31,422 nucleotides of DNA from a virus (taxonomy: Duplodnaviria; Caudoviricetes), in the IMG/VR virus record IMGVR_UViG_3300027159_000011, positions 1 to 31,422 of that record. One strand, given 5' to 3'. Each line of letters begins with the position of its first letter. Position 1 is the first letter of the stretch. The notes beneath the pieces were generated by a model, which did not search any database, was not told the DNA's origin, and worked only from the letters and a program-made list of their open reading frames with translations. Shown piece by piece: positions 26,212 through 31,422 of this stretch. A program made the translations under genes and the position numbers.

Positions 26212-27041
26212 CCGAAAAAACCCTCCAAGGATATCTCTTCTTTCTTTTTAATTGCATCCTTATAAGCTTTTGCCCATTGGATATGACATGTTATTCGCTC
26301 TTGGCCTTTCCACGGACCATTTGCGAGAGTCTTTGATTTTAGCTTAACGTAGTCTGGATACATTTCAGCTAGTTGAGTATGAACTTGATTGCTCAACTCA
26401 ATTGTTCTATATTCTGAACAGCCACCAGTTGCGTTAGTATCTGATATCGATACTCTATAACGAGTTGTGATTCTATTAGCAAATCCTTGAGTGAGTAACT
26501 GTAGATTAGCATGGAAATCTTGTGAGGTTGGTAACTTATCCCATACAATGTTTCTTGGTAGATTCTTAGAATCAAAGTATGAGTTAGTCATAATACGCAC
26601 GTTATTCTGTTGAGGCCAATATTTAAGATCTGGTACTACCCACGATGTAGAAAAGCCACCGTGATAGATTTGTTCATCATCACACCAACGATTGAAAGTC
26701 TCAAATGCATCATCAAACTCAGCGTCAGACATATCTCGTGTTTCCCATTTGGTATCAAGATGTTCTGGTGCTGGACCTTTGTACTTAAAATATTCCATAT
26801 CGTCATCAAGCACCATATGACGTGTACCATAGAACGTATCCCATATCCATTGCCTGGTTGGTGATAATCCTTTGATTTCTGGTGGTAAGACTAATACCTT
26901 ACTTCCATAAAGTGCTTTCATTTGTGCAGCTTCGTGTGGTTGAACAATAAAGCTGACGCGTTTTTGCCATTTCTCTGGTAGGTTATTATAAGTCTTTTGC
27001 TTGTTGATTCTACCTAAAGTTGGTATGATTAAATGTTCCAT
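26208..27041 (-). CDS. GT-A glycosyltransferase (TET-associated/GREB1-like DNA base GT family)
   Basis: IIPTLGR, RQWI, VLDDD, QDF..LQLL..G and NATGGCS motifs. Confidence 0.78.
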   Translation of the reverse strand: MEHLIIPTLGRINKQKTYNNLPEKWQKRVSFIVQPHEAAQMKALYGSKVLVLPPEIKGLSPTRQWIWDTFYGTRHMVLDDDMEYFKYKGPAPEHLDTKWETRDMSDAEFDDAFETFNRWCDDEQIYHGGFSTSWVVPDLKYWPQQNNVRIMTNSYFDSKNLPRNIVWDKLPTSQDFHANLQLLTQGFANRITTRYRVSISDTNATGGCSEYRTIELSNQVHTQLAEMYPDYVKLKSKTLANGPWKGQERITCHIQWAKAYKDAIKKKEEISLEGFFG

Positions 27042-27043
27042 AA

Positions 27044-27520
27044 TTATGCAATAAAGTCGTAAATGACTCCGGCCTCCATAAATAATTGTTTAGTTAATTC
27101 TGTAGATTTGATCCATTTTTCTGGTGTCGCTTCGTCTATAGCTGTTGTAACTACTCGCTTAACGCCTACTTGGATAATACCCTTGGCGCACTCTGAACAA
27201 ACTGGCAAACCGTGGATATACATTGTAGAACCGTCTAGCGACGTTCCATTGTAGGTAGCATTATATATACAGTTCATTTCAGCGTGAACTACACGTTCGT
27301 ATTTGCTTTCCTTATTACTATATAGTACTGCAGAATCATTGATCTTTCTAGGAAAACCATTATAGCCTTGAGCCAATACTTGCCCTTTTGAACCTACAGC
27401 AATTGCACCTACTTTTTTAGATGGATCTTTTGACCATGCTGCAATATGGCCAGCAAGATTTAGATATCGCTTATCCCATCGGTAATGTTTGCTTACGCCC
27501 CAATCATAAAATTCGCTCAT
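27044..27520 (-). CDS. cd: dCMP deaminase
   Basis: SKDPS..VGA, GYNGFP, HAEMN and PVCSECAK zinc motifs. Confidence 0.92.
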   Translation of the reverse strand: MSEFYDWGVSKHYRWDKRYLNLAGHIAAWSKDPSKKVGAIAVGSKGQVLAQGYNGFPRKINDSAVLYSNKESKYERVVHAEMNCIYNATYNGTSLDGSTMYIHGLPVCSECAKGIIQVGVKRVVTTAIDEATPEKWIKSTELTKQLFMEAGVIYDFIA

Positions 27521-28188
27521 AGTTTCACCAAGTCAAAGTGTCTGTCATAGACATGTAAGTTTTGTACTTGCCAAATAATCTGTCCTGGTTTGACATATGT
27601 ACATTTATTTAGATCATCAGCTAATTGACACTGCACGTGTCGCTGCCACGCGTAATCATTGCGATAACCAAAGATTACATCGTTAGATCTCATTTGAACT
27701 ACACAATCTAGCTTACCATCTCTTATATAGTAGGTCACAGAGTTAGTACAAATGAAGTCATTCTTGCCATTCTCATTGTAATCGGTCCATATAGACGGAC
27801 GCTGATACACCATCGATGCGCGACGAGAGTCTGGGTTTTTGCATAGCTCATCAAGAACGTTTTGGTATTGATTACCATTACCTTTTGAATGGATTAGATA
27901 GCCATAGTTAGAATTAATCTCACCGTGTCGATTGCCAGTCATCTGCCAAGCCTGCGGTGGATCACGATCTACGTAGATATCATTGATATTAGTAGATTGG
28001 CTATCGTACCAATCCAACTCTGCTTTAATGTACTCTTCGTTAGGAGTACCAAAGATAGCTGGTTCGTCTGCGTAAAAAGATGCACCGATCAATTCAATAG
28101 TTTTACCACCATTACGATCAGTAGTAAAGTTTTCATTCTCTAGTTCATTGCGAAAGTAGGTGCGGATTTGATCAATTTCTAAGGTCAT
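27517..28188 (-). CDS. dCMP hydroxymethylase-like (T4 gp42-like thymidylate synthase family)
   Basis: INSNYG, DFICTN (catalytic Cys) and MRSNDVIFGYRNDYAW, with Asp at the dCMP-specificity position where ThyA has Asn. Confidence 0.85.
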   Translation of the reverse strand: MTLEIDQIRTYFRNELENENFTTDRNGGKTIELIGASFYADEPAIFGTPNEEYIKAELDWYDSQSTNINDIYVDRDPPQAWQMTGNRHGEINSNYGYLIHSKGNGNQYQNVLDELCKNPDSRRASMVYQRPSIWTDYNENGKNDFICTNSVTYYIRDGKLDCVVQMRSNDVIFGYRNDYAWQRHVQCQLADDLNKCTYVKPGQIIWQVQNLHVYDRHFDLVKL

Positions 28189-28517
28189 TACTTGCTCCGG
28201 TTAAGAAAATCTGTATCGTCAGACTGGCCTTCAATGCCACCACGAGCATAAGCAACTAAGAACGATGCATAGTTAATAAGATCTTTACCAGAGTCTTCAA
28301 TAGATTCAAAGTTTGGATTGTACTCAGGGTCTGATTCCATAGCTTCAATTACGCTATATAGACGTAGGGTTTTAGCTTGAATAATATCAAGAATAGAAGC
28401 AACGCCGCGGGGGTAATAATCGGATTGCTTTATTCTGGAGTTTGGATTCTGGTAATCATTAGATTTTTTAGTTTGAAGTTCTGCACATTCTTGCAAGACT
28501 TTTAAAGATTCTTTCAT
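28188..28517 (-). CDS. nucleotide-modification-associated all-alpha NTP pyrophosphatase (DUF1599/Nmad1-like)
   Basis: KSNDY..K..R..ESIEDS..DLINYA pattern; first gene of the modification operon. Confidence 0.65.
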   Translation of the reverse strand: MKESLKVLQECAELQTKKSNDYQNPNSRIKQSDYYPRGVASILDIIQAKTLRLYSVIEAMESDPEYNPNFESIEDSGKDLINYASFLVAYARGGIEGQSDDTDFLNRSK

Positions 28518-28543
28518 AGGAATACTCCATAATTTAAAGGTAT

Positions 28544-28572
28544 ATTATACAACAATTAAGACTAAATGTACA
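28544..28572 (-). promoter_or_regulatory. T4-early-type promoter for the DNA modification operon
   Basis: TGTACA-N17-TATAAT with upstream A-tract (AAAAAACCCC). Confidence 0.8.
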
Positions 28573-28585
28573 GGGGTTTTTTAAA

Positions 28586-28843
28586 TTAATTATGTACCGC
28601 CAAGATATGAGCCATATCGACAATTGCTGCAGCTTTATTGTCTACATCCACTGCCATTGCTTCTGGCCACTTTAAAAATACTCTGTCACCAGCTTTAAGA
28701 TGAGTTGCCTCAGGACCTACTGCTAACACCAATCCAGGTTTTGCTGCTTTACTTACAGCACCTTGCAAAATAATACCACCTGCTGAGGTACTTTCTTGAG
28801 TTGCTTCTGTTACTAAAACTTTACTTCCAATCATTTCTAACAT
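28586..28843 (-). CDS. groES: GroES/gp31-like co-chaperonin
   Basis: KVLV..TSAGGIIL..GxVLAVGP..KxGDRV..ILAV. Confidence 0.88.
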   Translation of the reverse strand: MLEMIGSKVLVTEATQESTSAGGIILQGAVSKAAKPGLVLAVGPEATHLKAGDRVFLKWPEAMAVDVDNKAAAIVDMAHILAVHN

Positions 28844-28906
28844 TATCTTTTTCCTATATTGAAAGCCATCCTTGGCCCTTAAAATTTATCCTTACACCTA
28901 TGTTGG

Positions 28907-28990
28907 TTATTTCGAAGCTGTTTCTACACCGGTACTCTTTTTAAATTTCTTGGTGTATGATACGCCTCTGTAAGTTAGTTCTACAGTCAT
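28907..28990 (-). CDS. 27 aa YRG-motif microprotein (DUF4278-like; not in ORF track)
   Basis: Hand translation MTVELTYRGVSYTKKFKKSTGVETASK; AGAGGA SD; LTYRGVxY motif. Confidence 0.8.
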   Translation of the reverse strand: MTVELTYRGVSYTKKFKKSTGVETASK

Positions 28991-29007
28991 CGTATTATCC
29001 TCTTGTT

Positions 29008-29067
29008 CTGGATTTTACGATTCTTTTAACGCATGAACCAATGCGAGTCTCTATGTGGACTACCCAG
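29008..29067 (-). ncRNA. putative structured cis-regulatory leader RNA (three-way junction plus pseudoknot)
   Basis: CUGGGU/AUCCAG closes hairpins AGUC/GACU and CGCAU/AUGCG; loop GGUUC is complementary to downstream GAAUC. Confidence 0.6.
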
Positions 29068-29070
29068 TAT

Positions 29071-29078
29071 TATTTATA
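29071..29078 (-). promoter_or_regulatory. T4 late promoter
   Basis: Exact TATAAATA overlapping the primase stop, 3 nt before the first stem of the leader RNA. Confidence 0.75.
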
Positions 29079-30000
29079 GCGTATTTCTAAAGCAAAATTC
29101 AATTGCGCGTTCTGCTTCTTTGACCATATCGCGTTTACCATACCAGCTACCAGTTTGATTATCAAGATCTTGGCATATCCAAGCAATCTCTCGTGCAGTA
29201 ATAGGATACCCTCGTTGCATTGCATTACCAGCTGTTGATACCATGATCTTATACATCTGTAAATACCAACCGCCGCCAGTAATTGCCTTATAGTCTTCCA
29301 CTTGCTTTTTGTTTACAAATGGACAATCGGCAAAGCCAGTCCAACTATAGTTTGTGTTATTGAGCTGGTTCTTCTTATGCTCTAGCAATCCTTTCTTAAT
29401 AGCTTCTGGTAGTCTATCAAAGAATGAATCTGATTTAACCACGTAGCGATGCTTTTCCATTAATACTTTTGGATCCATCAACTCACCATCATGCGTAAAT
29501 ATAAAGTTATACGCATCTTTGTATTTAGATGGCACATAGTACATACGGCTCAGATCTTTAGTTTGTGCGTCAGCAATATCGCCAATCTCTTTATTGAGTG
29601 CATGCCAAAAATGCTTGATTCTATCAGCCGGTACTTGTTCTGTTAATGGAAATACCAAACGAAACTTTGGATGCTCTTTAGTCGAGCTAGCAGTTGAATA
29701 ACAAACGTACTTATAGTTAGAATACTTATCATGAATATTCTCAATTGATCCTTCATAATCATCAACATCAACAATGCCGAAGCCACCCCAAGCAGTTACG
29801 TTAGCGTTTGCTCGGGTGGTTCCGGTCTTATATGTAGCGGGTGAGATAAGGGGTGCATCAGTCTTCTTCTGATACCTCTCACCGTTTGCTAAACGATATA
29901 ATACTTTTTCAAAGTCGTCAAAAGAATCGTAATCCATTCTCTTGACGGTTTTGTTATCATATATGCTATTAAATATCGTTAAAGAGACCATGGTTGCCAC
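29074..30000 (-). CDS. archaeo-eukaryotic primase (Prim-Pol)-like protein
   Basis: IVDVDD (motif I DxD), YSTASS..PKFRLVFPL (II) and DAQTKDLSRMYYVP (III), plus a C-terminal helical domain; the start may be MVSLTIF at 29991. Confidence 0.7.
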   Translation of the reverse strand: MATMVSLTIFNSIYDNKTVKRMDYDSFDDFEKVLYRLANGERYQKKTDAPLISPATYKTGTTRANANVTAWGGFGIVDVDDYEGSIENIHDKYSNYKYVCYSTASSTKEHPKFRLVFPLTEQVPADRIKHFWHALNKEIGDIADAQTKDLSRMYYVPSKYKDAYNFIFTHDGELMDPKVLMEKHRYVVKSDSFFDRLPEAIKKGLLEHKKNQLNNTNYSWTGFADCPFVNKKQVEDYKAITGGGWYLQMYKIMVSTAGNAMQRGYPITAREIAWICQDLDNQTGSWYGKRDMVKEAERAIEFCFRNTL

Positions 30001-30370
30001 TGTGTGATGGATTTTCCCAACCTTCAGGCTTTACTAGATCTGGCAAACCGAGTGGATTAGGTCTGCTCTCCTTTACACCAATTACTTTTGCCATGTTTGC
30101 TTTATGTACAGCATCCCATGCTTTATAAGGATCAACCCCGAAAGCATCAAGAGAACCGATTGCAATAACACATACATCAATTAACCCATCGACGATTTCT
30201 TCAGCATCACGTGCATCAACTGCAATTGATGTTTCGTTAGCTTCTTCATAGAGAAACTTTAGACGAAAGTCTAGAAACTCTTTGAGTTTATCAGGGTTAT
30301 TCTTAACCCATTCATGCACACCATACTTGGAATGCATTTCATTTATATCACTTACCCAGTCTTTGCTCAT
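29969..30370 (-). CDS. MazG-like all-alpha NTP pyrophosphohydrolase
   Basis: EExxE..EIVDGLID, VHxANMxK and KPEGW motifs. Confidence 0.82.
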   Translation of the reverse strand: MSKDWVSDINEMHSKYGVHEWVKNNPDKLKEFLDFRLKFLYEEANETSIAVDARDAEEIVDGLIDVCVIAIGSLDAFGVDPYKAWDAVHKANMAKVIGVKESRPNPLGLPDLVKPEGWENPSHSGNHGLFNDI

Positions 30371-30666
30371 ACTATAATTCCTGATGTTGATGGTGCAGCT
30401 GATGTATCGATTACAGAACTCTGGCCTTTGATCTGAGCAGCTAGTTCATCAACAGGTTCGGTTACAAACAGTACATGTTCATTCTTAATTGTTACGCCAT
30501 TTTCAGCAACCTTGCAATATGGTTGGAATGGCATAAAGGCGATCTTGCCTTCACCACCTGGAATAAGAACATATGCTTCTTTTACTAGATATCCATCACG
30601 TGATTCTGTAATGTCGCCAAGTACTTCTTCGCCTGATACTAGTCTGATTAGTTTTACTTCTTTCAT
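30367..30666 (-). CDS. Sm-like fold conserved T4-like protein
   Basis: VKLIRLxSGEEV..PF.PY and terminal SGIIV; GGAG SD. Confidence 0.7.
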   Translation of the reverse strand: MKEVKLIRLVSGEEVLGDITESRDGYLVKEAYVLIPGGEGKIAFMPFQPYCKVAENGVTIKNEHVLFVTEPVDELAAQIKGQSSVIDTSAAPSTSGIIV

Positions 30667-30692
30667 TGTTTTCTCCGTTATTAATATGGTCT

Positions 30693-30721
30693 ATTATATC
30701 ATACTTTTGGTTAAATGTAAA
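30693..30721 (-). promoter_or_regulatory. T4-early-type promoter
   Basis: (G)TTTACA-N17-TATAAT with extended TG. Confidence 0.82.
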
Positions 30722-30725
30722 CCCC

Positions 30726-31421
30726 TTAGCCAAAAAAATCTTCCAAAGATTGCACTTCTTCTGTCGACCAACCAACTGCTTTGAATATTGGTTCAACTGG
30801 CTGGAGGAATGTTTTCTGGAATTGAGTTTCATAGTCAATGTATTTATCCAATGCAAACTCTTTTGGCAAATACTGGTTAAATCCAATCACATTTTCTTTG
30901 ATTGGGTTAGGAACTTTGAGATAGATAAACTTAATCTTCTCGCCATTTTTAATTGGTTCATATCGTTTAGTTAGCGAATGAACTTTGAGCTGACGATTAT
31001 GCATCAACGCAGCGCGAACATGGATTGGAGTACCTTTACGATAAATTGTAGCGCTATCTGCATATTCATTAACTTTAGATACACCACGAGGGAATGCAAC
31101 TTCGTGTGCTGGTAAAGAACAAAAGTATTCTTTGAATTGCTGTACTGCCATCTGTGTATCACGTTCGTTACCTTTCATGATAACTTTGAATAGAGCCTTG
31201 AGTGCGTCACGGCATGGTGCTGGTGTTGAAGATTTGATGGCCTCAATGCCCATGATTTTTAGTTTAGGTTCTTTGTATCGCACACCTTCGTTATCGTGTA
31301 CATTTAGAATGTATCGTTTCTTAGCTGTCCATATGCCACGATCTGCGATAGCTTCTCGTTTCATAACCATTCTGTTTTCAATACCACCCATGCGCTTGTA
31401 TAACTCGTCATAAGCATCTTT
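30726..31421 (-). CDS. 43: family B DNA polymerase gp43, C-terminal part (runs off the window)
   Basis: MKREAIA..WTAKKRY..LKIMGIEAIKSSTP; the frame stays open to the window edge; C-terminal clamp-binding SLEDFFG. Confidence 0.95.
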   Translation of the reverse strand, partial: KDAYDELYKRMGGIENRMVMKREAIADRGIWTAKKRYILNVHDNEGVRYKEPKLKIMGIEAIKSSTPAPCRDALKALFKVIMKGNERDTQMAVQQFKEYFCSLPAHEVAFPRGVSKVNEYADSATIYRKGTPIHVRAALMHNRQLKVHSLTKRYEPIKNGEKIKFIYLKVPNPIKENVIGFNQYLPKEFALDKYIDYETQFQKTFLQPVEPIFKAVGWSTEEVQSLEDFFG

Positions 31422-31422
31422 G

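Noticed and set aside
27517-28188. Ordinary thymidylate synthase thyA
   Set aside because: It has the gp42-type DFICTN and RND motifs rather than ThyA PCH and PFN, despite the adjacent dCMP deaminase.
28862-28880. Hairpin between the YRG ORF and groES
   Set aside because: The stem relies on several G-U pairs and has no U-tract.
29008-29067. Pistol ribozyme, preQ1 or glutamine riboswitch identity for the leader RNA
   Set aside because: The hairpin plus UUAAA resembles pistol P1, but P2/P3 and the cleavage-site context are missing; conserved cores of the riboswitches are not visible by eye.
2796-30886. Nested minus-strand alternative-frame ORFs (2796..3002, 11258..11464, 21200..21457, 26393..26575, 26636..26830, 30596..30886)
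   Set aside because: They lie within or across confident genes in another frame and show no protein-like motifs.
30726-31391. Split gp43 starting at the Met at 31391
   Set aside because: The frame is open to the window edge (KDAYDELYKR-MGG), so this is truncation by the window.
372-31413. All plus-strand ORFs in the track (e.g. 8056..8349, 14818..15147, 23393..23827, 31132..31413)
   Set aside because: They are antisense shadows of well-supported minus-strand genes, with no recognisable motifs or expression signals.
1-31422. tRNA genes, CRISPR arrays, IS elements, integrase
   Set aside because: Intergenic gaps are short and explained; no cloverleaf, spaced repeats or transposase motifs were seen by eye (tRNAscan not run).

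Overview
AT-rich, gene-dense segment of a T4-like (Tevenvirinae/Kyanoviridae-style) myophage genome, probably marine and infecting a Gram-negative host. All credible genes are on the minus strand. In transcription order (right to left): gp43 DNA polymerase C-terminus; Sm-like protein; MazG-like NTP pyrophosphatase; AEP-like primase; a late-promoter/structured-RNA/YRG micro-ORF unit; GroES; a DNA hypermodification cluster (Nmad1-like pyrophosphatase, gp42-like dCMP hydroxymethylase, dCMP deaminase, GT-A glycosyltransferase, divergent C5-methyltransferase fold, SDR epimerase, UDP-glucose dehydrogenase); ribosomal protein bS21; uvsX and gp41; a ~9 kb late block in which ten proteins start with a T4 internal-protein capsid-targeting-like peptide (including a PD-(D/E)xK-like nuclease, a KxDG ligase-like protein and an HxGH nucleotidyltransferase); a spanin-like pair with a class 3 lipase; nrdA/nrdB/glutaredoxin; GIY-YIG nuclease; RNase H; DenV-like glycosylase; PhoH. 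Eight T4-early-type promoters and four TATAAATA late boxes were read directly. The strongest candidates for new biology are the clamp-tethered cytosine hypermodification pathway, the virion-packaged enzyme payload, and the pseudoknotted leader RNA. All family assignments come from motif recognition; no database search was run.
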